Shown piece by piece: positions 38,250 through 51,625 of a stretch of DNA of 64,000 bases. A model generated the notes under the pieces. It saw nothing but the letters and a program-made list of their open reading frames with translations, ran no database searches and was not told the DNA's origin. Source of the DNA: Yuukianura sp. NJ FZ-2021 (lineage: Eukaryota); contig CM102288.1 in assembly GCA_046563655.1 (NCBI GenBank), positions 744,001 through 808,000 on the forward strand. The letters are read 5' to 3'. Each line of letters begins with the position of its first letter. The stretch's first letter is position 1. The position numbers and the translations under genes were made by a program.

Positions 38250-39936
38250 TTACATGGCTTTAGCTTGTAGCAAAACCAGTTCAAATGTAAATAGAACACT
38301 GAAAATGACCAGTACAAAAGAGCGCGTCAATTTGAAACAGTTGAAACCAGAGAAAGCTAGTTCGAAATTTCCAATGAATCTCTCAAGCCTTTCCATCTGA
38401 AAAAATAAAGTTGAGTCTGCAGTCGGTTTTCACTTTTTGGTAAATTTTGTCTAGGTTTTTAAAATTTGAAATTCATTTTTCAAAATTCTTACTTCCATGC
38501 TGTACTGTGCAGATTCAGTTTTTTGAATCAGTTGAACAATCTGATTTGCTTTGTCGTTCAATTTAGATCCAAAGTAAGTAATCAGAGCGGTGCGTAGAAT
38601 AAGATGAAAAGTTAAAATGGCGGAAAACGCCAATTCAAGGCCGCTTCGTGATTCGACTGGCATCAGCAGCTCATGAATCTAAAAAAATAATCTTGTCGGG
38701 GTCAATGACCTTGAAAAGTTGACCTTTGACCTTTAGCTTACCTGGAGACAAAAGCAGTACGTGTTTGTACAAAAGGAAATGAGGATTATGGGTGACAGAA
38801 ATTTGTCACAAGCGTTCACCAGAGTTACAAGAACAACATGATCTCGTCGAATTTTTTCCCACAAAATTTGTTTTTTGAAAATCGGACTTTCGTGTAGAAT
38901 TTTTTGGGCTACTTCAGCTAGAGCTTGGAATTTAAACGCTAAAGCTCTACTTAAAAGTACAACCAAAGCATCTACGAAATTCCATGCAAAGAATTGCAAT
39001 GTCATCGTCAAGTAGATGAGTCCAGTGTAGATTGGTTGGAACGGAATGTTGTACGAATGACGTTGGTGGAGATCACGCAGCATGTGATCAAAAAAATGCT
39101 TTAGACTCTCTGCCGGAACTGGCGCTAAAAAGTATAAAGTTAAAAAATTACATTTCTAGTTGAAATTTTGAATTTTGAACATAATTTTTGACTTGCTGTT
39201 GGAATTGTTCAAGTTGAAAAAAGTTGGAGTCAAACTGAAAATATGGCAAATGAGCTCCACCAACATGGACAAGAGAAGTACACGCATGATCCACCGCGCA
39301 GTTTTTCGAAATTCGGTGTCTTCTTTTGTGAATTGAAGCGACTGTACAGTTTTTGTCCATTTTTGAAAAATGTTTTGAAAAGGTTTTCCAGCAATGCAAA
39401 AATGCAAGTAGCTAAACATCAGTTGAAAAAGAAAGTTCTAAAATTCTGGAACTTTTTTTTTTGAAATTGTAGTTTTGAAAACTCTTAGTGTGAACCTTAC
39501 AAGAAGAAACCAGCAACGGCGAAAAGTAAATCACGTCCATCGTTTGCAATTTGAATTAAATTGTGATTTCCCGGACCGCCTCGGGAAATAATTTTGGATC
39601 CAAATTCTACAGCATTGATGGTAGCAATTGCTCCAATAATTGCTGTAATCACGAAATGGAAATTTTGCAAAATAAAACTTGTGATTCTAAAAAGCAAAAT
39701 TTTTAAACTTATTAAATTCCTCAAGAATCAATGTGCAAGTAAAATGTTAATGTGGGTGAACATCACCTTGTGAAGAAGAAAGTAGGTTCGTCCACTTTCT
39801 GCTCCTTCCATGGTAGAATTGCAATAATTCTTCCAAAGGTCACCAGCGAATTTAAAGAAGTTGCAAGATCATTATGACGAACGTTTTCAACTTTTGTTCT
39901 GACCTTCCACATTGCACAATTCCAGTGTCTTCTCAT
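38250..39936 (-). CDS. Gustatory receptor, sugar-receptor-like (Gr5a/Gr64-like), copy A
   Basis: Exons 39936 (or 39912)-39767, 39686-39501, 39411-39193, 39124-38742, 38678-38493, 38396-38250. Motifs FFAWNFVD, WEKIRRDH, FHLILRT and terminal FSGFNCFKLTRSFVL...FTFELVLLQ (GR TYxxxxxQF-type motif). Confidence 0.85.
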
Positions 39937-40345
39937 TCCCACTGACAAACTGAATACTAACTGATGTTTAGTTTTCAAATTTTCTAAAAAAACAGAATTT
40001 TTTGAAATACTTTTGATTGACATTTTTACCATGTGATTAGGAATAATTTTTGAGCAATCATGATTTGGATTTAGTCAAATTGTGGTAAAGACGTAAAAAT
40101 TAAAGAAAAAGGGGCAAATTAGGCTCCAATTTTGACAAATCTTTGAAAGCATAATTTGTTTGTTTAGAATTTTAGCATTTGAAAGAAAATGTTGTACACA
40201 ATGTGAAACAGATTGATGAGGAAATGAGTACCTTCAGGCAATTTGTGTACAATTTGTACTTTTATTTTATTGATTTCAGTTTAACTGAAATGCAAAGTAT
40301 GAAATGTTATACTACATTTTTTAGCCAAAGGGAGTTGAAGGAAAG

Positions 40346-42363
40346 TCAAGAATTTTGAAGAAGTACGACCTCCAACGTAAATATTGCGCTGCAGATCTAT
40401 GTAAAGTATCATAGTATTATAGTCTAAAATAATTATTATAAATTCTATAAGTATTATAAATTAATAGAAGTGTAGAAATGATTTGTGTACCTTCAAGATA
40501 AACGAATTCGTAATAATGAAGCATCCGTTTCCTGTCAAACCAACCTCCTGATTTTGCAAATACTGCTCCAGTCGACGGACCTTGACAAATTTTGATCAAT
40601 TTAAGTTATGTAAAATCACACTTTTACAATAACTTGCGATTTATATAATATATTTTATTTGAAAAAAAAGTTGTTATAAGTAAACCATACGTCGGCATCG
40701 TACTCCTCAGGCAAGCAGTGTTGTAAAAGACAGCTCATTCGATGTGCAGATTCATTAATTTTGGCAGCCATTACGTTGACTGCAACAGTGCGCATGATCA
40801 GATGCAGAAATGACCAAATCACGTACACAGCACTCACTGTCGACTGACTTGGAGCTGATGGTGACAGTTGGATGTACAACTTTTTAAACCAGAATTTAAA
40901 TAAATATTAATAAATAAATAAATATGTACAATTAAAATTTATTTACACTTTCCTACTTGATTGCAAACGAAGAAAATATTTGAGACGAAGGACATCCAAA
41001 TGAGTGGAGCAAAAATCCTGTTGGCCTCCTCCAATAGCTCAACAAGCGCCAAAAAGTTGTTCCGAATGGACTTCCATGCAACTGTGTCTAAAATATTCAG
41101 TTGACCTTTGACCTTGGACTGTAAATTCTGAGTTTTAATGTTGGTGACCTTACTTGGTTTAAACACTAAAATCCCATGTTCATCAGGGGTCATCGACCTC
41201 AGCAGAAATAAGTTGATCCCTACAAATCTTCCGTAGATACATCGACACAGAATCATCAGAATCACATCTCCAAAGTTCCAAGCATATAAAGTCAACTTGT
41301 TAAAAACCAAGAGACACAGAATCACCAGAGGTCGGTAGTCGAAGAAAACACTCAAGTAGCCGTTAGCTTCGTAGTAGTCAACCAACAGCTCTTCCAATGT
41401 CAACTCACCTGAAAATGAAAATTTCAAAAAAAAAAAACAAAAATTTAAAAATTGAAAAAATCTTGACCTTTGACCTTGACACAACGTTGCCTTACTGATT
41501 CTTGCTCTGCGTGCTGGATCCATATGGTGTAGGTGCCACATAATGTTTTCGCCAACGCATGACCCCATGACGATCAATGTCAACAGGTTGACATGAAGAC
41601 GGACAGTTTTGTCCGCGGTCATTGTACAAGCCGCGGCTCTGGACACTTCTGCCCACCGCTGAAAATATTTGCAGAGGTCACTGGAACGCAACAGGAAAAA
41701 GAGGTACATGGCAGTTCCGGCTGAGTAGAACCAAACACCGCTGAAGGCAAACACGAGATCGCTTGTTTGAACAACAAAAAATTAGAACAATTTTGAAATT
41801 TTGAAAATTTAAAACTCGCTTTTGAAATTTCATTACTCATTACCCAGCAGATTTGCGTTGCGAATTCGTCAAAACTCGCACAAAGTGGTCCGAAATGAAA
41901 ACGATGTTGCATCCAACACCCAATAGAATCAGGGCAGTCAGCAAAGTACGCCAATGCAACCGTCTAAAAACAGCAAAAATCTGGGTTTTTCAAAAAAGAT
42001 GTCCAAAAATTTCTTTAGAAGCAATAAATTTTGAAATTTTGAAAAGTCTAACGAAAATTTCAACTGATCGGATTTTGCCGACATGAGGCCCCGGATCGGT
42101 ATGAGGCCCAGTGCCGCTCCGACCCACAGTGAGTTTCGAATTGCCAAAAATAAATCTTTGCCACCATCGTCACTGTCGTCGCCGCGTGTCGCTTGACTGG
42201 CTGAAGACTCAACAGGTTGCAAATTGGTTGTTCTCTCTTCCTTTTCATCTCCAATAGTTACTTCCTGCTGCCCGTTCTTCCGCATGGAGTCGGACACTGA
42301 AGCCTCCAAGATCATAGCCCATGACGAGCAATTAGGCCCTCTCAGACTCCATTTCCCACTCAT
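40346..42363 (-). CDS. Gustatory receptor, sugar-receptor-like, copy B
   Basis: Exons 42363-42053, 41963-41844, 41761-41496, 41408-41154, 41087-40957, 40879-40691, 40580-40491, 40396-40346. Motifs LYAWNFGD, WSFLHLIMR, GLTGNGCFIIT and FTLEVVLLQ. Three phase-0 C-terminal introns typical of GRs. Start Met uncertain. AATAAA on minus near 40261. Confidence 0.87.
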
Positions 42364-44242
42364 ACTCTACCAAAAACGATTTTTTAGCACTCCCGCCTTT
42401 TGTTAAAAAAACTTCTCTGATGTAATTGAAATTGGATTCAATTTTAAGATCTCTCTCAGTTTTACGCACGACGGGACACACTCACCGTGTGGTCAGTCGA
42501 GTCTTTAACGGTTTATATTCTCAATGAAACTGATGACTTGTCGCTCATTCTGAGAATTAGGCAGGCACAGGACACAAAAAGTACTTTTCAAAACTAATTT
42601 CCTCTCTCACATAAGTTTAACTGGTGATTTACATGCTTGAGAAACGCTGACAACGGTTACTTATGTCCCCCCATATTTTTATGACAAGGGGGCGGGGCAA
42701 AGTTAATGAAAAAGTCCACACGCGTTCTGTCAAAAATTTGTCAACTTAACATCAACTTGAACTTCAAATTTTCAAAAAGAAAGATTTTTTTGGAATTGTC
42801 AATCTCAACTTTCTCTGAAAATCGGTGAAAGTTCGGCTTTGACAAAAATTAAAGTTAGAATTTTTTGTAAAACTGAAGGTCGGGAGGTGAAAATTTTGAA
42901 TTTTGAGTAATTTCGGCTAAAGTAGAGTGGGCTAAGGGTGATTGGTGAATGAATTTCATGGTTTAATCAATTCGAACGCTGTGAAAGGTCGATGACATTT
43001 TTTGCCAAAACTGAGAAGAAAATAAAAAACGGGATTAGGCTTACCTTGGCAAAATAAGAACGCTTTTTTCATAGTTTTTTGCTAATTTTCCATTTCCACT
43101 TGATTACCATCGTCTCTCACTTCTTTTTCCTTTAGTTCAAGTTGCCGTTTTTTTCTTTGCTAAGGAACAACGAAAGTATTTTTGCCAGTAATAGTTACTA
43201 AAAGCATCTCCAATTTCTTTGATCTTCTTCCGTACAACAATTACATTGACATTTCCTGGTGCAGCTTCCACAAATAACGAACAACGCGGAGAAAAACATT
43301 GACAACTGAATCGTGTCGTAATTCACAAGAACAGAAACCGCTACGCTTCACGGGAGGTGAAGAACGAGGTGCAAAAATTTGCAGTTCCAAAATTTTGTAA
43401 AAAAAAATTTTTTAGGCTTCGCGAGTCTGTTTAACTTTGGGTGAAATTAAGCTTTGTCAAAAAGTTATTTGATGAGCATCGCATTTGACAGTGAAAGTTA
43501 AATTTGTCGGGTTTTGACAGTAATTTCACTTTTTGGTTTTCTTTTTTCTAATTTCATAATCGGTTCGTGATTTTTTTTTCTTTAGCAACTCTTTTTTTTA
43601 ACTTCGTTTTAGAAAGTATCGTTCACAACTTGTGTAATATTTTATTTCCTTTTTTAAAAAGAAGCTGTCATTACGGAAAATAAAAAATGAGTGAAAAATG
43701 AATATAGTTTTGGTCCCTTCAACTGCCTTAATGGTTGGATTCACTTGGTAAATTTTTAAAAGCGTTTTAGTGTCCCGATGACAGAAGCCAGACGCACCGT
43801 CGTCGTTTGATGGTCATGAACACAATGATATGCTTAATCTTTACAAGCACAATGCTCCGAAACAGCATCAGCATCAGTGTGGGTGGAAGATGCTTTTCAT
43901 AGTCCTTCGTCCCTCCAAGTCGGAAGTAAGCTAAATCCAACATTTTTGCAAACAACTTACTTTCTTCATCTTGAAAAATGCTCACCTCACTTCCAAAATT
44001 TTAGTCTCTGGGAGATAACACAGCAGAGTTCGGTTGGATTTTCGCAATTGTCTCAAAAATGGTACAATTTTCACCTTAAATCTGGAATCTAACCATAACT
44101 AATTCAACTTTTTCAATACTAGAAAAAAAACAGTTTGAATCCACGTTGTCGTTTTTCAAAATTTCACAAACTATAGTTTTCATTGAACTGTGTAAAAGTG
44201 TTATAGAAGTGAAAGTCAAGAACGATTTTGTTACAAAACAAA

Positions 44243-47200
44243 ATGGAAAAATTAAAATTTGTAACAATTCTTCTCCAAATTCTGCTTTCTGTTTCTGGAA
44301 TTTTAAAAACCGTCAGAAGCCAAACTTATGAAGGTGAGAGAAAGTTTTATGAATTTTTCTTAATGCACTTAATCATGCAACGTTGTTTTGGACAACTAAA
44401 AACTTACAAGCGTTAAAGGTTTGACATTTTGAAAGTAGCCGAAAGTCCTACTTTTATTGAAATTGTAGTCATTCGAGTAGTTGATGCTAATAATTCATTG
44501 ACAGTTTAAGTGGACATGGGACCTGTAAATGACAAGAGTATTTACTCCGGAAGTTAACAAACGACTGGATAATGGCATCAATTTAGTAGGCCTAAACTAA
44601 TAGGAAAGGCGTGTCAGTGAAAGATGTTGTCTCCAGACTGCACTAAGTAAGTCACATGCAACTTTTCCGGAAAAAACGACATTTCAGCCACTACGACAAA
44701 ACCTAAGTAATGCGACAGTTCCACCCGGCGACACTTCAGTCTCAGTCCAAAACCTACCAAAATTGAATCCATTTCTCAACGCCCAACAAACATGGTTGTG
44801 CATAATTCACAATTCAGCCACTTGCCCACTTTCTTCTGGGAACTATTTAGAAGCGAGGCGCTGCTCAAATTTGAAACTCTTTTTAGTCTCTTTTTAAAAT
44901 TTGAAATTTTCTTCTAGTTTCTTCTTAAAATTTGAAATTTTCTGTTTCCATTTGTTCCAGTGGCTGAAATTGACTGTGCCGTGGGACATGGAGGGAAGGA
45001 GTTGCTAACAGCCAGACTTAGAAAGCCGGATGGATTTCGTGGGACGCCGATTTTTGCTGATGACCGTGGCTATCATCTGCCTCCTCCAGCCATGGATCCC
45101 AGTCTCCCGCCAGGACTTTTTCAACATCTGAACCCGGATTCACCATGCCAAATCTACCCCGATCCACTGGATGCTTCTGGAAGAGTCTTTGTACTTAAGG
45201 TCATGGACTTTTCCAAATGCGGAGTACTCAAAAGAGATGTACGTTTTTAAAGTTTCACAAAAATCACTCTATTTGGTCTACCTTTTTGATGATGATGATG
45301 ACACAGTGTGTGAACCGACACTTGGTTTATGTTTAACTTGACCGTGGAAAAGTTGTGGTTTCTGCTCACTTGGTCACAGAAATGGATTAGCATTACAAAA
45401 TATATGGAATAGCAAAAACTTGAAAAACTAAAACAATCCAACTTTAAATTTCAAATAACTTTCACAACATAGGCTACCTTAATTATGAAAAACCTAGTCA
45501 ACATGCGCTATTGATGTTCTGAATTTCTGTACATAGGGTTTCATCAACGTTCGAGTATGGTTTCCTCAGCTTCCGGTAAATCTTTTTAAATTTCAAAATT
45601 TCAAAAATTGTTTAAAAAATAACATTTGATGTGCTTTCATCTTTATGCATTTCGTAAATTCTCCAAGTAGTCATTGACCTTGAATTTTGTAGGGCGTGGT
45701 GATGCTGAGTGACCAAGAAGGTTAGTTAATTTTGAACTAAATTTTGAACTAATTATAGTAAAGTCTAATTTCTTCTTTTTTTTTGGATTAGTTATAATTA
45801 TGTGCAAGCCACCTCAACCGACGGTGCTTCAGAGTAAAGCGGCTGGATTTGCTGGTAGCATGTAAGAAAATTATACATCTCAATTAATTTAAAAATCTAA
45901 TTGAAGTAAAATTAGCACGCACACGTAGACGTAATTGTTTGAACCCAACCCGTTGTCGCTTTATTTATAAAAACAGTTACCGAAACCGCATTTTAGTCCA
46001 AATTTTTGTGCCTTTGACGAATGATATAACGACTGTGGACTGTGACGCGGTGAAGACAGACGTGCTAACGGTGATCTCACACGCTCTGAATCCTACGTCA
46101 ACTTACAACTAATTTCCACCCAAAAATGAACAATTCAAAATTCCTTTACGTAACATTATACACCGATGATTTCAAAATGATTTGCAAAAAAAATGAGTAA
46201 CAAAGTTCCAAATCCAACGGAATCTTAAGATCGGCAAAGATTTTGTGGTTTGCGTAGTCACTTTTGAGTTGATTTGCAGAAATCGTGGAGTTGAAATTGG
46301 GTTTCAACTGCTTTTGAAACCTTCAAAAATTTTGAAATTTTGAATTTTGGGTATGAATTTTTTGGAATCGTTCCAGACCAAAAGGGCCGCGTGTGACTGG
46401 AGTGGTGGAGGAGCGTCCTGGACAACTCGAGTATGAAGTAGCCCTGTTCCGAGAAACAACTACGCCGAGTGCTGGTCGGGCGGTAGTTTCCGGAGGCGGA
46501 GCTTACGTTACTGGAGCCGATTCGCAAGAACTTCCAGTGGACCAAGCAGTTCCCATTGGAACACGACTTCAACTCAGAGCCAAAATCAGTCCAACGTCAG
46601 GTAAAAAATTACTGAATTCAAACATGTTAAATTTTGCTTTCAAAAGTTTCGTATTCGATTGTTGTTCCCAGAAATAATTGCTTTTGATTTTTAGCTTGGC
46701 AGCATGCCAAATTGCTTGATGTTTCTGTGTCACCGGATCCAAAAAATCCAATTGCTGATGGTGCTGTAGCATTAGTCAAAAATGGGTAAGTGTGATTGTT
46801 TAGAAGAAATTGAACATAAAATTATAAAAATTTTGATTTCATGATTTCCGTTCTAAGATGTCGAAATCCGGACTTGGCTTCAATAATTCCGAAACAACCG
46901 TATCGGTACAAGGAGAGGACGAACGAAGTCGTTTTGGATTTCGAAGCTTTTCTGCTGTCAAACATGGGAGATCGCAATACTTTGTGGCTTCATACCCAAA
47001 TCAAAGCTTGCATGGAACCGTTGGACTGCGAATCGGTACTAAAACATGAAAATTCATTAAAAGACTATTGAAGTATTGAAGAGAACAGAAGTCAACTTTT
47101 TCTCCGATTTTTGTCGGCTCAATTTTCACTAAATTTTGTGCCTGGATTCAAAACGTTTAACGTTTGATGAAATTTTAGGAAGTGTGTATCATGGACATTT

Positions 47201-48052
47201 ACCAACCTTCGAGCTACGGAAGACGTCGTCGTGACCTGGTTGACCTCACCACTTCAAGTAGTACACTTCTACCTTCCAGAAGTAGTCAGAACAGTACTGT
47301 CGCAGAGTACTCGTCACCACTTCTCAAACATTGGCGCACAATTGTAGGTCCAACAGAACCCGAAAATGGCATTGAAACAGGTCGAGCAGGGTCATTGACC
47401 TTACCGACCGTGGGAACTCGCAAGCCGATGGAATCTAGCTCAGCATCTGTAAAGAGAATCATTGAAATGAAAGAAAACGGCGATGCAAATGGCACAAACA
47501 CGAAGTTTGGAGACAACATTGGATTTTCAGTGATCATGCCTCCAGGTAAAACTAATCTAAAGTTAATTATGCTTAAGCAATGACTAATTAACTTAACAAT
47601 TAACAGATTACTATCGATCTACTCCAAGTTGGACTCCACTTTCGGGTTCAACTGGAGCCGAATGTCGGGGATGGATAGTCGCCAGCATGTTGTCACTTCT
47701 GGGAGCAATTATTACTGCAACCTTGGCTTGTGTCATGACCTTCAAAATGAAAAAGTCCAAATTGATGAATGAAAAATCATTGTACACTTTTGACCAATCT
47801 GTCACACCCACTCCTAGCTACGCATCTTCTTCAACCAAAATTTGGACCAAATCTGGTACGTGGATCTTAAAATGAAAGTTTTTTTTTTTGAAAATTAAAC
47901 TTTCCGAATTAAAATTTCGAGAAAAAATGTGTGAAAAATTGACAGAAGGAAAATCGGAGAGAAGTTCTGGATCTTCAAAAGCCCATCACCATCATCACCG
48001 TCAACACACTTCTTCAAAGTATGCTCGAGATCCATCCTTGTACAGATCATAA
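44243..48052 (+). CDS. Zona pellucida (ZP) domain transmembrane protein (apical extracellular matrix, cuticlin-like)
   Basis: 11 phase-compatible exons: 44243-44333, 44961-45238, 45537-45575, 45693-45720, 45792-45861, 46377-46600, 46695-46785, 46858-47035, 47179-47545, 47607-47855, 47946-48052. Signal peptide; ZP-like segments VPIGTRLQL, LVKNGCR, FEAF, IKAC..PLDC; furin site GRRRR; C-terminal TM helix and short tail. Confidence 0.85.
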
Positions 48053-49417
48053 ACAATTATAACAAAAACACATTTTTGTACAAAATTGAACTGAAAGAGG
48101 AGTCTACAACTTAGAAATTGGAAATCACAAAAACAATAATATTACTATCCATTTTTATACGCCGTAATAATTTATAATTTACTATTTCTTATTATTTATT
48201 GAAAGCTTTGTAAAAGTAATTCCGCACTTGGACTAATTTAGTGAAAATCAGTTAAATAAAGGTTTTGGTGAATCGGGGAATTTTGCAAATTTTTTGCACA
48301 TCTATACGCAAAACTACGCTTCGTTTCAAATTTTTGAGTTGCATTTGCCTGCTATCTGGTGTTGTATTTTCTCAAATGTGCAACTACATTTTCATTGCTT
48401 CTTTTGGTCTTACCAAATTTCATCTGTGAAATTTTGTAGGCTAAATTGTTTCACAAAATCTGGCAAGTTTAAAAATTGCAAAAACCATAAAACATTCAGA
48501 AAAATAACGGGATTCACTCAATTTTATGTCTAGAAAATTTTATAGAAATGAGTCTAGCGTGATTCGAAATAAGTTTTATATAAAAATTATAAGTTTTGTG
48601 TTTTTTAAAAATTGTATAGCATTGCACTAGAATTTTTTTAAAACCGCACCCGTACTTCGCATGTGTGAAATCTCTGTACCACAGCTGTCAGTTTACGATA
48701 GCACGATTGGTCAAAGTTCGGCTATTTATGTTCATCTTGAAAAAGTGGCGATCATAAATGATAATTGATGCGAAAGTAAATTTTAAGTAGTTAGTATTTA
48801 TGTAATTGGTTTACGACGCCAAGCAAAATTAGATATCAACAACTAAAAATAGGAACTTTTACTAAGCGTTAAATGCTAAGAAGTGTGAAATAATTTTACG
48901 TGATTATTTACAACTATGTTGAATCAAGATGGAAAGTGCCGACATCTGATCGGGCACTTTACAACAGATAGACATACGGCGACGGCTCAGTCAAAGTCAA
49001 AGACTTTAGCGAAGTGTGTGTTGAGGTTTCACTTTTCAAATTGCTTTATCTATAACACATTTTTTAGGTTTGACTTTAGAATTGTTGCAACTGCTGTTTA
49101 CATCTCTTCTGCTGGTTCTGTTGTTATCATCGTTTGTCCAGCGTTGGTGTAATCATCAATTCGGGATTGGGATTGCAAAAATCTGGCAGGTAAAGGTCAA
49201 TGACACTCCTATATTCTGCAAAGTACACTCACAGGACTTTTCACCCACACGTGGAAAAATTTTCCATGCGTAACACTTTCCCTGTAGTAACAAACTTTAC
49301 AAATTTTGGAAACAGCACTCCGCTGTATTCAGCATCACTTCCTGAGTCATCATATGACCCAGGGAATGTGAGTTAATCGATGTCTAACTGCAAATTGTTT
49401 GTTTCTAAGGGATTCAA

Positions 49418-51625
49418 ATGGCGGCACCTGAGAACGCTTGGGGCGGAGCCCGTGACACAGAAGGAGTGGACGCAAGACTACACAAACTTACTCTCAATGT
49501 GAATGCTGCTGAATTCGTGCCTTCGTTCATGCGAAACTCAAATCCAAATCCTGATCCGCCTTCCAGAGAATCAAATACTTTAGGTAAGTTATCGTACAAC
49601 ACGCATACTACGAAGTTCTTAGTACTTTTCATGTATCTGAAGTGTATTTTTGTTTAGCAGAATCAGAACCAAGTTCTTCTGAGCGGATGGATGTTGATGT
49701 CACTCCGAGTTCAGAAGAGCAACCTCCACCGCCTCCAGACAAGAAGCCAGTTTTAGACAGTTGGGAAGACGCAGCTGACGGAGAGGGAACTACGCCTGAA
49801 GGAGATGATATTGATCAAGACGGAGAAGGGGAGCAAACAGTTCGTATAAAGAAGAAACCACCCAAAACGGAAGTGCTGCGGAGCAAGAAGGAACATGTCA
49901 ACGTTGTGTTTATCGGTCATGTTGGTAAGTCTTTTCGAACTGACTCGAATAAGAAGGAGATTATTTTCAAGCATACTGCTTTGGTTTAGATGCTGGAAAG
50001 TCAACTATTGGTGGCCAAATCATGAAACTGACAGGGATGGTGGACCAACGAACCCTTGAAAAGTACGAGAGGGAGGCCAAGGAGAAGAACCGAGAAACGT
50101 GGTACTTGTCATGGGCCCTTGACACTAACGAAGAGGAACGTAACAAGGGCAAGACAGTAGAAGTTGGGCGAGCCTTCTTTGAGACAGAGAAGAAACATTT
50201 CTCTATCCTGGACGCACCAGGTCACAAGAGCTTCGTGCCTAACATGATCAGCGGCGCTGCACAAGCAGACTTGGCGGTCTTAGTAAGACTTTATTCACTA
50301 ACTAAGCACATTTATTTGTTTAGCTAAAAAGTTAACGTATATTTTGTTTTCTACAGGTCATATCCGCCCGTAAAGGTGAATTTGAAACTGGTTTTGAGAA
50401 GGGTGGGCAGACGCGTGAGCATGCAATGTTGGTAAAGACAGCAGGGGTCAAGTTCATGGTGGTGCTGATCAACAAGATGGACGATCCGACCGTGGAGTGG
50501 TCCGAGGAGAGGTACAACGAGTGTAAAGATAAACTAATTCCTTACCTCAAGAAGGTTGGATTCAATCCTGCCAAAGATTTGACTTTTATGCCTTGTTCCG
50601 GTATGACCGGTGCCGGCCTTCTAGAGCCATGTGACTCCACCACAGCTCCGTGGTACACGTAAGTCTCAATTGAATTGAACATTTTAAGTTCAACCGCAGT
50701 TTTATATCTAATTTGTGTTTGTTTTGATAGAGGGCTGCCGTTCATCCCATTCATCGACAGCCTGCCTTCTCTCGTGCGGTTTGCCGAAGGTCCATTTATT
50801 CTTCCTGTGGTTGACAAGTACAAGGACATGGGGACAGTCGTCATGGGGAAAGTGGAGGCAGGAGAGGCACACAAAGGACAGTCGCTCATACTCATGCCGA
50901 ACCGAACTCCGGTCACTGTAGATCAACTGTGGACGGATGACGAAGAAGTGACAGCAGTCGGCTCTGGTGAAAATGTGAAGATCAAACTGAAGGGGATTGA
51001 GGAAGAGGATGTTTCACCGGGATTCATTCTCTGTGACCCAGCCAATCCCTGCAAAATGGGAAAACTCTTTGATGCTCAAGTGAGTTTAAACTTCGGAATG
51101 ACAACGACAAATACTTTAACTTCATTTTTTTAATTCCATATTTGATGTACTTGATTTGCAGATAGCTATACTGGAGTTGAAATCAATTATGACTGCAGGA
51201 TACAATGCAGTAATGCACATCCATTGTGCAGCTGAAGAAGTAACTGTAGTAGTAAGTCCCTTATAAAGTTAAGTTTTGATTGACCACAAAATTAAGTTTT
51301 AAGTGCTGACGGAGTATGATTGACTTGTTTGCAGAAACTAATTTGTCTAATTGATAAGAAGACTGGGGAAAAGTCCAAAACTCCACCACGATTTGTGAAG
51401 CAGGATCAATTGGCCATTGTGAGATTAGAATGTTCCGGTACAGTGTGTATGGACACTTTCAAATTATTCCCGCAACTGGGCAGATTCACGCTGCGCGATG
51501 AAGGTAATTTCAGTCCCATTACAGTCATACAGTCAATTCCTAAACTTCAGTAATTTTGAAAATTCCATCTTGTTTTTACAGGTAAAACAGTGGCAATTGG
51601 AAAGGTGCTGAAAATCTTCGAGTGA
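49418..51625 (+). CDS. eRF3: Eukaryotic peptide chain release factor GTP-binding subunit eRF3 (GSPT), about 558 aa
   Basis: Exons 49418-49583, 49661-49924, 49990-50282, 50357-50658, 50731-51079, 51162-51251, 51335-51503, 51582-51625. PAM2 [10 protein letters not shown], GTPase motifs GHVDAGKST, DAPGH and NKMD, eRF3-type [10 protein letters not shown] and GRFTLRDEG. Confidence 0.97.

Noticed and set aside
39936..40346. Polycistronic GR transcript as in the Drosophila Gr64 cluster
   Set aside because: GR copy B has two AATAAA signals (about 40261-40271) in the 410-bp gap, so independent termination is likely.
44865..44940. Short tandem duplications (about 31 bp here, 21 bp at 22105-22146) and AAATTTTGAAA-type intronic motifs
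   Set aside because: Ordinary slippage and low-complexity intron composition.
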